Below are positions 26,529 to 38,276 of a stretch of DNA of 64,000 nt, piece by piece. How positions within the stretch are numbered: position 1 is the first letter of the stretch; every line of letters starts with the position of its first letter. A program made the translations under genes and the position numbers. The stretch spans positions 7,006,001 to 7,070,000 of the forward strand of contig CATNEN010000007.1 of the NCBI GenBank assembly GCA_950097015.1, given 5' to 3'. Under the pieces are notes generated by a model that worked only from the letters and a program-made list of their open reading frames with translations, ran no database searches and was not told the origin of the DNA. The DNA is from Macrostomum hystrix. Its lineage: Eukaryota > Animalia > Platyhelminthes.

Positions 26529-29500
26529 GCTTTTGCCAGCTCAAGCGGCGGCCCTGGCGGACAGCAACCTCAGCGCCACCGCTGGCAATGTACTCTGTGC
26601 TCATGCGGCTTCAGTAAAGGTTCAGAGCTGGCCACCCACCTGGCAGATTCCAAGCACACCTTACAGCTCATGACTGCCGGTGTGGGCATTGTGCGCTCCG
26701 ACCTGCTGCTCACCCATGGCCTCTGGTTTAGCGAGTTGAACATCCGTCTGAAGTACTGGAACAGCTGCATCACGAGCCGGACTCTGCTGGACCATGCCAG
26801 CGGCTCTGGCTGCCTGCAAACCAGCTTGATGCCAAATGCGCAGTGGATGCAGATGCTGAACAGCCTTAACAGCGATCTGGACAGCAATGCCAGCTGGGTG
26901 AAGCCGCTGTACATTCAGCTCACCAGCGATGACAATGCAGCATCGTCACTGGCGGCCGCCGCCTCGCTGGACCCGGCGCCTTGGCTGCTGTTCGACAGCA
27001 TCCTGGGCTCCGGCTATGCGGCCCGCGTGGCTTCCGCGCTCGGCCCGGAGGCTGGGAAGCCCAAGCTGCTCAGGTCTTTCGTCTCCACCCACCTGGTGCC
27101 GCTGGTCCGGCAGCCTCCCCGCACCGCCACCCGGCTGGCCTTCGCTTCGGTCGTCGCCAGAGACTCCTGCGTCGGATTCCGGCCCAGCCTTCACTTCCTG
27201 TGGCTGGAGGCCGGCCCGCCTGTCCGCTACGGCCGCCAGCCCGGCCAGCGCTGCGTTCCCGACCCACCCGGCCTGCTGGCAGCCGCCTCCGCTGCCTCGG
27301 TTGGACCGGCGGGCCTCGGCCTTGGCATCCTGTGCGATCCGACTGTCCCCGAGGAGCTAGAACCTGGTGAGACATTCAAATGATTGACGCACTGGGTGAC
27401 TGGGGGAATGTTGCGGCTAAAGGAATGAGTGGCAAGGGAATTCTGAAAATCAAGCTCAAAGATATCCGTTCTAATGCGTCAGGTGCGGCACCCGATGCGA
27501 TAATGAGCAAAATCGACAACCCCAGCGGCGGGTCTGACGAAGACTCTGATGACGGCACTGATATGCGGGACGGCGAGCTGGATTCGGACGTTGACTATGC
27601 CGACGAGCTGGGCGACGAGGACTCAAAGGCGTCCGGCGCGCGGCCAGAGAAGCGGCGCCTCGCCGAGTTCCGCTTTGTCCGGGTGTCGCGGCATCCCCGC
27701 GCCTGGCGTCTCTGCGGCTTTCAAAACTCGGCCAGCACCGACGACATCGAGCTGGCGCTGCGCCGCTGCGTCTCCTTCCAGTGGGACCAGGTAAGCCCCG
27801 GCCTTTGCTTAGCTGTTATTTGACAGTTGAAAGAACACTATTTTTCCCTCTAGAGGAAAGACTACGGGGTTATTTCAGATATACGCACTGCCAATTTCAC
27901 AATAGCTCCCAAACCGAATGACCAATTTTCGTGAAAGTCCACCATCTGAATCAAAAAATTTCCGCTCTTTACGATGAACTGACATTCAAAGCCATCGAAC
28001 GTCAGTATAGTCGAGATATTCAGCGGTTCTTGTCGAAGACCCTGGTGACACGTACAAATAACATTGCTCAGTATAAACCTCTTTGGCAAATCTATATCTG
28101 TTCAAAAGTGTATAAATAACAATATAGTCAATACAACATAGTCCACAATAGTAGCCGACATGGTTACATGATAACAATTTGTGAACAGAAAATATTTGCC
28201 TATTGTTTTGGTTTTTGCCACCAGAATCGTAGAACACATCTCGACGATGTCGATTTTTTGTAATTCTGGAATTTGTTTCATCGGATGGAGCGTAAATTTG
28301 TAGTCAGTGTTCTGGATTTTCATGGCAATTAGTAGAATAAGTTTAGGAGATTCAGAAAAATGTGGAGTTTTTTAAATACCCGCCCTGATCTTTCTACTGT
28401 TAAGGACTTGAAACTGACAGGGTTGAGAGTTCGAATCCCAGACTAGCGGAAACCGGGATTGGGCCAAGGTCCGTGAGACTGTCGCTAGTAAATGCGTGGC
28501 AGTCGCAGAAACGGGACACAATGGGCATTCCTCATTGTGAGTTTTGTAGTCAGGTGGTGGCACTTTGCAAAATATGCCATGCTGCCATGCCCATGTCCCT
28601 GCAGTTGATGGGACTTGTCCGCGGACTGAACAGCTGTACGCGCGCATTTTCAGTTTCAATCCCAATTATTAGAGCTTCTTGTTTGCCATCAAATCCCAGT
28701 CCGTATTCCTCCACAGGTGATCAGCTATGTGGACTTCAGGCGTCAACCAAAGGTCACTGGCATGCCAAAGTCCAAACGCCAGCCGGACCCGCTGTGCCGC
28801 GTGGCCGTCCTGACCGAGCGCTCAGGCCTGCAAGAAGAGGCCCTCAGGTCCGCTCTGATCAACGCCTTCGACCAGCCGGAGCTGCTGCGGATGTCTGGCG
28901 ACCGGCAGCTCGTTGTCCAGAGCTGTAATCGGGTCTCCGTCTGGCTGCCGTTGGGCTTCGGCGACGGCCTCGCCGACCGTTGCCAGTTTCTGCTTGCTCT
29001 CGACTTTGCCACAGAGTTGCCCTGCACGATCGGTGCCGCGCTCAGGCAGCTGCAGACGTTCATGCCTCTGGCGCGCAGCTTTTACTTGCCGACGCCAAAC
29101 GATTCGCAGCAGGCCGCACCCGGCAAAATCCGGTGAGTTTGAGTTGTGTGCTCAGGCAATGCTTTATTTTTTAGATACCTCATCGGTCGATACCTCTTCG
29201 TTCTATACATCTTAGGTCGATACCTCTTCGGCTGATACCTCTTTGGTCGATACTAATTCGGTTGGTTCCTTTTTCTTTTTTGCTTTTTTCGGATACCTCT
29301 TCGATCGATACCTCTTCGGCAAATACCTCTTTGGTCAATGCCCTTTCGGTCGATACCTCTTCGTTCTATACCTCTTCATTAGAAATCTCTTCGGCTGATA
29401 CCTCTTTGGTCGAGACCTCTTCGGCTGATACGTCTTCGGTCGATACCTATTTTGGTCGATACCTTTGAGGCTGATGCCTATTCGGTCGATACTAATTCGG

Positions 29501-30019
29501 CTGGTTCCTTTTAACTCTTTTGCTTATCCTACTTCAATTGCAACCCTCAGTGAAAGCCTGGAACAAAACTGGTCCGTCGCTCGGTTTGACAGCCACGCCG
29601 ACTGCGCCAAAACGCTTGGCCTCTTAACAGCCAACAGCAGCTTCTCCGGCCAGCAGAAGCTGCTCTGCCGCTTCGCTGCTCTGCCCGACTATGTCTCCAT
29701 CGGGCCGCTTCGGGTCCCGGTGCACAACTGCTTCGTCTGGCGCCGGCGCTGCGTCAGATCCTCCTCTCTCGCTCCTGGCTTCGGCTACAATGCCGATGTC
29801 CAGCGAGACTTTGAGCCCTTCAACTGCGACTGTCATCCCGGCAGCCGCTTCTGCCAATCTGCGGCCAGCTTCAACCTGCGCTCATCCGCCGCACTGATAG
29901 ATAGGCGGGTGCCGGCTGACGCAACCCCGGATGAGGCTCGACGAATCGCCACCGAGTGTCTCTTGATGGCCTGTGGCACCGCCAGCACAGCTGCACGATC
30001 GAATTCTGGTCGTTGGTAG
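26529..30019 (+). CDS. Uncharacterised protein of about 676 aa: N-terminal C2H2 (matrin/JAZ-type) zinc finger, acidic tract, possible degenerate RRM(s)
   Basis: Exons 26529(or 26540)..27366, 27483..27790, 28717..29132 and 29551..30019 join in frame at canonical GT..AG sites. The finger WQCTLCSCGFSKGSELATHLADSKH lies upstream of the ORF-track ATG. WSVARFDSHADCAKTLGLL resembles RNP1 plus helix. Confidence 0.75.
29170..29505. repeat. Degenerate 15-bp intronic repeat (GATACCTCTTCGGTC)
   Basis: The GATACCTCTT core recurs at about 15-bp spacing. Confidence 0.8.
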
Positions 30020-30079
30020 CTCAGTTAATGCCCAGTTTGCTCTACAATTCCACCAACTTAGCCTCTGCAAGACCCTCTT

Positions 30080-30447
30080 CAACTACCCTCTGCCTTCCAC
30101 TACCTCCGCCTTCCACTACCCTCCGCCTTCCACTACCTCCGCCTTCCACTACCCTCCGCCTTCCACTACCCTCCGCCTTCCACTACCCTCCGCCTTCCAC
30201 TACCCTCCGCCTTTCACTACCCTCCGCCTTCCACTACCCTCCGCCTTTCACTACCCTCCGCCTTCCACTACCCTCCGCCTTCCACTACCCTCCGCCTTCC
30301 ACTACCCTCCGCCTTCCAATACCCTCCGCCTTCCACTACCCTCCGTCTTCCACTACCCTCCGCCTTCCACTACCCTCCGCCTTCCAATACCCTCCGCCTT
30401 CCAATACCCTCCGCCTTCCACTACCCTCCGCCTTCCACTACCCTCCA
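30080..30447. repeat. 17-bp minisatellite CCTTCCACTACCCTCCG in the 3' region
   Basis: Directly visible. Confidence 0.95.
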
Positions 30448-31797
30448 TCCGATTTTCCATCAGCTAAGTATATAGTTCTACTAAAATTTCGCATAATGAA
30501 AGAGCTGGTTAATTTCATCTTACTTTGCAAATATAATTCTTGAAACGTTCTTTAGCCCATCTACTGAAGAAAGTAGTAATGTGAGGCTACTGTATAGTGT
30601 ACAGTCCAACTAGCTATGTATGGATTGCATTTTTCTGAGCGCTTTGTAACGTTTAAATTGTAATTGTGAATTTATTGGTTTTGAGAAAAGTTAGCATTTC
30701 TATTAATGAAATGCGTCTGTTCTATTGCACAATAAACAACAAACTAGAATAAAAATATATAATTAGCAGCTTTAATAATGACCCTTAACTTGTCTGGGTC
30801 TGCAAAAAATGCTCCCATTTAATATTTTTATTATTTTTTCAACCAGCGTGCAAATTTTTACATTCACTGAATGATAGCCTACTAACAGTAGTACTCGTAA
30901 GTATAGTGTGTGACGCTCTAAAGATGCACTTAAATTGTATTCGCATTTCTAAGCCAAGATGCGCGAGTTGACAAATGCAAGATGAATCAAAACTGGTTCA
31001 GATTGGTTCACACGAAAAGTGCTAATTGCCTGTACTTATTAACAGAACATGTACAGACATATTATGTACTATGCTTGTTTGTTTGCTATTGCATCGTTTG
31101 AGAAAGCTTGAACTGGATAGATAGGCTAAAATCATGCAGCTTCTAAATTAAACATCAGATTAGTACAATCAACCAGTGCGCGAAAACTGACTCGTGAAAA
31201 TAGAATCGAAATGAAATTCCTCATCGAAATATAATATGTTTCTTTCACAAAAGAACTCTGCTTGGAATTTCTAGAGGATAGAAGCTGCTCAAGGTACTCA
31301 GGCTTTGGTGTTATGGACATAAGAATCTACATGATACAGGTCAAATCACTGCAATCAGTACCGAGTAAATTAATTTACACAGAAAATTTAGTCAGAAAAG
31401 CAAGAAATTGAATTTTTTAATAGTAATTAATAGCTACTCAGCTTATCTTAACTGCCATTTCGACTGATACCCCCGACTAATATTTTGGGGCAGATACCTA
31501 ATATTTCGAGCAGATACCCTGATATTTCGGCAGATACCTCTTAATATTTCGGCTGATACCAACCGATTTTTGGCAGATATATTACCTCCTAATATTTTGG
31601 CAAATATGAATAATTTTTGTTGATGCACACTAATATTCGGGCAGATACCTGATATTTCAGCAGATACCTCCTGAAATTTTAGCGAAAACCTTTGAATTTT
31701 TCGATCGATTCCTTTCCGCTGTTTTCAGTTTTTTTAACGTAGGAATCCAAAAACATTTTATCACTTCCAATTCCTGAGGAGCCGACTGTGCCCGGCC

Positions 31798-32488
31798 TCA
31801 GTATCCGAGGCGTCGAACCACAGCGGCGTGCGTCACCTGCCACTGGCGCCGCCTACGGCAGCCGGCCTCCAGCCAGCCGGTCATGCTGTAGCCCTGCTGG
31901 AAGTCGGCGTCAGTAACCCGCGTTGTCAGACACAGGAAGAAATCGCTCGCCGAGTGTTTCTGCTGCTGCTGCTGCTGCTGCTGCTCGATTGTCTTGCGAA
32001 ATCGACCCAGCACCGCCATGTAGCCGTCGTCAGAGTGACTGACGGTGGCCCAGCCGCGCCGGCGCTTTCGGCCGCCGCTGAACTCGGTGACCCGGCACAG
32101 GCGGCCAGTGAAGAAGCAGGGAAATTCAATCAACCAATGGCAGCTCAGCGCCGGACAGCCCAGGCCCTCCTCCTGGTGCAGCGTCACTTTGATTGGCGCG
32201 CCGCCCTCGTAGCCAATCAGCTTCTTGCACTTGGCACCGACGCTCTCGTAGTAGAAAAGTTGCACCATGCCGCGAGTGCGTGTGAGCAGGAGATAAGTTT
32301 CTAAAATTGAGTTTAGAACTCTCGCAATTTTGAGTCCGCTCTCTTTAGGACAGGCATCATGCCTGCAAGCAACAACTGGTACCGATTAATTCCTTCGGCA
32401 CATTCCGAATAGGTTATTGTTATTGTTTACCTGTTCTTCCAGGGCACTGACTGGCGTCCAAATGACACCCAAATCGGTGTCAAAAATG
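31798..32488 (-). CDS. Uncharacterised multi-exon gene, last two exons; probably extends upstream to about 33950 or 35060
   Basis: Exons 32488..32431 and 32362..31798 join in phase 2, reading FLTPIWVSFGRQSVPWKNRHDACPKESGLKIARVLNSILETYLLLTRTRGMVQLFYYE...WQVTHAAVVRRLGY*. Further exon-like GC-rich segments lie at about 32670-32900, 33886-33945, 34620-34825 and 34858-35061; their junctions were not resolved. Confidence 0.65.
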
Positions 32489-32984
32489 CTTAAAAAGCAT
32501 GCAAACCCTAGCGGTCCTCAACATTATCAACCTGATCTGGACGCCAGGTCACAGCAACCTACTCGGCAATGAGATAATCGATTAATTAACTAAGGATGGT
32601 GACAATCCTGAGAACGGCCACCGGGGATCCGTCTTTCGCGGTGCCAAGATTAATGATCAACCGAACCATTGAGAAGTGGCTCAAGCGCCAGCACCAGACC
32701 CGTTCCGCCATGTCGTAAATGAACCGGAAAGTCTCTACCTGATTTCTCTCAACAGAACTGACCTCAGCGAGATGTGCATGGCTAATACGAGTACTGGTCA
32801 CGGCTTCTTCCAGAGACATTTCACTCCAAACCAGGTGCTCCTCCGCCTGCCCCTTCTGCGGCCTAGGTGTGGAAACCGCGGCACACCGCGTGACATTCTG
32901 CCTGTTTTTTTATTCGGACTTCTGACTGAGAGGTCGTGAGTTCGAGTCACAGTCAAGAGAAACAATGCGTTTTTGATCAAAGTA

Positions 32985-33809
32985 TAGCTTTTTGCAAATG
33001 AATTCAGCCTATCTGCAAAAGCTTTCAGCCAGCCAGGGCCAGCCCATTGAGTGGAAGCCAGAATTCCCCATAGACAACTGGCTCATCCCGCAGAACAATT
33101 CAGCCAATCTGCAATATAATTCGTCCAATGCCAATTTTTAACTGCATGCAAACCAATACAAAATAACTCTGTAACTCTGTAACTCGACTTAGCGTTGACA
33201 CATGGGGGACAGGGTTTGCGTCTCCGAGTTGCAACAGGTGAGTCCGCATCTGTCCCAGAGTTGCCGTGGGATTTGTCTCCAGAAGTTGCCTGACAGACTC
33301 CATCTGATGTGGTAGCATCACATTTGGCCGTCCACCAGCTGCAGGTAGCTTTGCCACGCGCCCTTCCCGATTGTACACGGAGATGACAGTCCTAGCCGTT
33401 TTTCGTTTCACTCCAAGGACATCAGCCAGTCCGACCCAATCGCGTCCCTCTTCGTACGCTGATACCAACCTGGTCCTGTCTTCGTTCGACACGGGATTGT
33501 AGGCACCACAAATCATGTTATAAACTCTATTGATGGAGTTTGAATGAAAGGTTTTGCGGCTTTGTGGGTAGCAGAAGCAAGTTGTCTATGGCGTAACTTT
33601 TCTCACTGGAGTTCTATGGGGGACTGCCACTGCGACAAACAACGTTAAGTTGACTGGCTGAAAGGTTTTGCGGATAGGCTGAATTGATTTGCAAAAAGTT
33701 CTGCGGGATGAGCCAGTTGTCTATGGGGAATTCTGGCTTCCACTCAATGGGCTGGCCCTGGCTGGCTGAAAGCTTTTGCAGATAGGCTGAATTCATTTGC
33801 AAAAAGCTA
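32985..33809 (-). mobile_element. Internally deleted IS630/Tc1-mariner element with about 112-bp TIRs
   Basis: TIR TAGCTTTTTGCAAATGAATTCAGCC...CGCAGAAC (32985-33096) is inverted at 33698-33809, with TA on both flanks. ORF 33516..33100 encodes a Tc1/IS630-type tandem HTH (SNEDRTRLVSAY...LADVLGVKRKTARTVI...GGRP...NPTATLGQMR...VSTLSR). No DDE domain is present. Confidence 0.88.
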
Positions 33810-36182
33810 TAGTTAAATTATGAGAAAACTGAGCAACTTGGAAACATTTTTTTATTTATTTTATAGTAAAATACTGCAAACTTACCTGGCACGATTCTGC
33901 GTTGTTGTCCCGGTTGTAACAACTGGTACAGGGCTTGATCAAACACTGAGGATAATGCAGCAACGGATGAGGCTACCGGGCGAGGAGGATGGGATGGAGC
34001 TTAGAGAAGGCCCCGGCCCCGCCTTTGCCAAATCTGTCGGGGGATCTTTGAGGTTGTCGCTGGGGTGTTTTGGGGGGCAAGGGTCGCTGACGCGCGGTCT
34101 CTGCTGCAGTTGCTAACGAGCCGCGGCTACGCTTCTTATCCCCCGGCCTCCCCTCCTCCGCCGAAATTCCTACTCCCCCGTATCTGCCTCTGCTCCGAGA
34201 TCCCGGCTCTCTTTCGCCTCTAGTGGCGTCGCCAACCCCGGCCTCGGTGGTCGGGGTTGCCGCTGTGTTAAGCTGCTGTCGTGTCTCTCTCCTCTCTTAC
34301 CTCTCTCTGTCTCCGAAGGAGCCTCAGAAGGGATTGTGGACCCGAGATGAGACGGGCGGATATTGGATGGGGAGGTGAGGCAGGGAGACAGACAGAAGAA
34401 ACAGAAGCTGCAGGGCAAGCCGAGTGTCTGAGCTGCCAGTCTTGCTGAGCTGGGCCGCCTCCTTAATAGCCGTGGGCAGTGGCTGAGCTGGGGACTCAGA
34501 TCCCTATCTTTCCCCGCTTCCCCTACTCCATCTCCTCAGCCTCCACAACCCAGTTTCCCATTACCCTATCTGTCCCTATCTCTACCCTTTTCCCATCCCT
34601 ACTCCATCCTTCAGCCACTCGCCATTCGCCTGGCATCGGGACGGGAGCTGCTGGCGAAGAGGCGCGCTTTGCGACTGTCTGCGCCAACGATTCGCAAAGA
34701 GACTCCCGCAACGATCTTGCACTCCGTCTGAGCTTACTCACTGATTTGCTTTCATCCCTCTGATCCCGGATCCCTGCCAATCCGCGATATATTCCGCTCC
34801 GCTCCGGGAGATTCTCTCGTGTCACTGATAATCTTGTCTCCCTGCATGCCTGTCTTACAGGCGCCTGCAGCTTCCTATTCTTCTCCCTTTGTTGCCATTC
34901 TTGTTGCTACTCCCACCCCCAGCCCATTCATCGCCCGACCCCAGTCCCGCGAGTAGCTCCTGATCGATCGGTGCAGAGACAGACAGGCGCGGGCAGGCGA
35001 ATGCGAGTGCTTGGTTACGAAGGCCGGGTGTGACCAGGGGGGGAGAATAGAAGCGATCCATGTACGAGTAAACTAAAAAGCTAAACAAATGGGAATGAAA
35101 GGTAGAATAACATGAATAACACCAGGCTGCAAGGTGGGATAATGGAGTTAGCATTTTTGCCTAGAATTAGTGAAAACCGTGACAAAAAATCGGAACGAAG
35201 CAGAGAAAGATTAATGGAAAACTGGGGCACGCGGAGAACACGTGAACTCATTGAAAAAGCGGAACTCAGACACTGCTCAGCCAGCCCAGACAGAAACCTC
35301 TCCGCAGAAAAAGTTGAAGGGGATTTGGGAAGTTAGAAATCAAAGTTCCCATCAGTAAGCGAGTGAACTAAACTCAGCCGCGGGGTTGGCGGAGCTGCAG
35401 CACAAGAAACTCTGATAAACTCGTTCGCCACTGGCAAAGGGGAGCATGGCGCCTGAGTGGGGATAATGCGATTCCCCTCCCCTCCCTCCTCAGTCCCAAC
35501 TCACTCGGCGCCTTAGAAAGTCTCCAAATGTGCGGAACACGCGACTGCGGCGGACCCTCGCAGGCGCCGAGGGATGTGGGGCAACTGCTGCAGGCCGAGA
35601 GAGGAAAAATGAGGAAAAATAGCAAAAAAGCTGAAAACCTCGCCAAGCCCGGACGGCCCCTGGCAGGCGGGGAGAAAAAAGTAACTAAACTTTATATAAA
35701 GCCAATTTTCCAGTCGACCTAACCTCCCAATCTTTTCCCAGTTCCAATTCTCCTCCTTCCTGAAATGATTAATTAAGCGCTTGGCGCTGACTGGGATGAG
35801 GAATGCGGTTCTGAGTTCTGGTCTGTGGGGTGGTCTGAGCATCCGGTCATGCCAGCTCGGAGTGAGGGCTCAGTTTGCTCAACAGATCGAGTGAAGCAAT
35901 TCGCCAGTTGCTTGAGCTGCTCTGCTCAACTAGGCTATATGGCTGAGTTGCTTCTTAGTCAGCCTATCTCGGGTCTCAAATTTCTGGCAATTTGTACGCG
36001 AGTGCAAAAATTCCACGCTCTGATCCTTAGATTTAGCTGCTCCAGACAGGCTGCTCAAAGTGACATGTACTTCAGTGCATCTGGCACTTTAAGTGAGTCC
36101 AGAGTCCAGAGACCAGAGACTTGTCGAATCAATACTTATTATCACGACAATTACAATAAGCTATTTCCTAATTTGTATATAC

Positions 36183-36576
36183 TCAAATCGAATCCCTAAC
36201 CATTCAAATGGAATCCCTAACCATTCAAATCGAATCCCTATCCATTCAAATCGAATCCCTATCCATTCAACTCGAATCCCTATCCATTCAAATGGAATCC
36301 CTAACCATTCAAATCTAATCCCTATTCATTCAAATAGAATCCCTATTCATTCAAATGGAATCCCTATTCATTCAAATAGAATCCCTATTCATTCAAATGG
36401 AATCCCTAACCATTCAAATGGAATCCCTAACCATTCAAATGGAATCCCTATTCATTCAAATCGAATCCCTATCCATTCAATCTAATACCTATTCATTCAA
36501 ATAGAATCCCTATTCATTCAAATGGAATCCCTAACCATTCAAATAGAATCCCTATTCATTCAAATCGAATCCCTAT
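36183..36576. repeat. 21-bp minisatellite (CATTCAAATGGAATCCCTAAC and variants)
   Basis: Directly visible. Confidence 0.95.
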
Positions 36577-37139
36577 CTTCTATATTCTCTACATTTCATC
36601 TACATTGGTTCTTCGCTCCCACCTGCAGCATTTGTACATCTAACCAGACAAACAGTTTCATTAATTCAATCGCTTCCCACACCTGCACTACTCCAAAAGC
36701 GATTCTCCTCCTATTCTGAACTTTCGCAGACTTTCACAGGAGGCGATAGGAAATTAATTGAAGAGTTTGTTAAACTGCGTAGTCCGGGGCCTTCCATTGC
36801 GCCACAGATGCTAAGTCAGACAGCCTCCTTTTTGCTTCATTGTTAATTTAATAGACTAACGGTGAGAAATTTTCATAATCTCCCGTTTCCAATTTCCCCT
36901 TCTGCACGCCAACTGTGGATTAAAGTTTCTGCGGAAGCGAGACAGATGCAACAGAAGCTTTATTTAACTAGAGCCTGGCTTCATTACATTCACACAATAC
37001 GTTTGAGTTAAGGTAAACTGCAATACTATAGAGTAAAAACAATTGCTTTTTAAAGGCTCTACAAAGGGTTACTAAGCTTTAGTCAATAGGACACCCAGTG
37101 GGTCCCCAACTTTCAGAATTTCAGACAGCAAACAAGCTT

Positions 37140-37272
37140 CACTCCAATGAGACTGTGGAACACTATGCACTCCAATGAGACTGTGGAACACTATTCACTC
37201 CAATGAGACTGTGGAACACTATTCACTCCAATGAGACTGTGGAACACTATTCACTCCAATGAGACTGTGGAA
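37140..37272. repeat. 28-bp tandem repeat CACTCCAATGAGACTGTGGAACACTATT, about 4.7 copies
   Basis: Directly visible. Confidence 0.92.
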
Positions 37273-38276
37273 TTAGCTTCTATCCAATGACTGTCGAGGG
37301 GCTGCTAGTCAAACGATATTGTGTATGCTCCACTGAGTATCTTTCCCACGGCCAGCAAAGAGTCAAAAAGCAAAGTTACAATTATAGAGTCGGACACTCG
37401 CTCATGTTACTGTAAGTAGGGTAGTGTAACATTATAAATAAATATGTATTTTTAAGTTCTCGGATTTTCTGCCGCATTAAAAGGGAACACAAATTGTAGA
37501 ACACGTGCATTGCTTCTAGTTGGATTTAGAAAACAATGAAATCAAGGACAGACAATAAAATCAAGCACGAACAAATCAATTAGCGATTAAATTGAAACTA
37601 TGTACAAAACTGGGGAGGAACAGGTTTCCCGCGAAGTAATTTTTGTAGACACGGGGAAAATGGCAGCAGACACGCACAGCATACTACTGACTGTTTGAGC
37701 TGGGATAGTAATATAATAAGTTTTGCACCACACAAACTAACAGTTGCTAAACATTTGTTGTGTTACGAGCGTAAAAGTTACTAAATGACTACAATCCACA
37801 AAAAGTAAGACAAGAGAATAGACCATTAGTGGCACTGCAGCCAATCTAAAAAGTAAATAAATACAAAGCGAATTTACTTAGATTGAATATTTCGAACCAG
37901 TTTAAAAACATGCCTTGTTACAGAAGCTTATTCTATATTATATATATGTCGTTGGTCACATAAAATATACTTGCACAATCGTTATTGATGTGCTAAAATA
38001 CCAGTTAAGCTAAATTAGGACACAAACATGATACAAATTAAATTAATCAGATTTGAAAAAAACTGACATAAAGGACAGCAACGGCCAGCCAGAATAAAAC
38101 TGCCGTTCTCACCTAATCGCGACTAATAATAGTGAACACTGGAAAGAGTTCAACGCGTCGCTGCTCAGAAGTGAGTAAACTGGGTCACTTGTTGAATACT
38201 AATTTCAATTTACCGCCAATCCATGTTGAACGTTTCACAACAATCTTGTAACTGGGAAGAGAAGCTGTGTGACTGT

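Noticed and set aside
27860-28385. Mariner-like terminus TACGGGGTTATTTC in an intron
   Set aside because: No matching inverted end or transposase motif was found.
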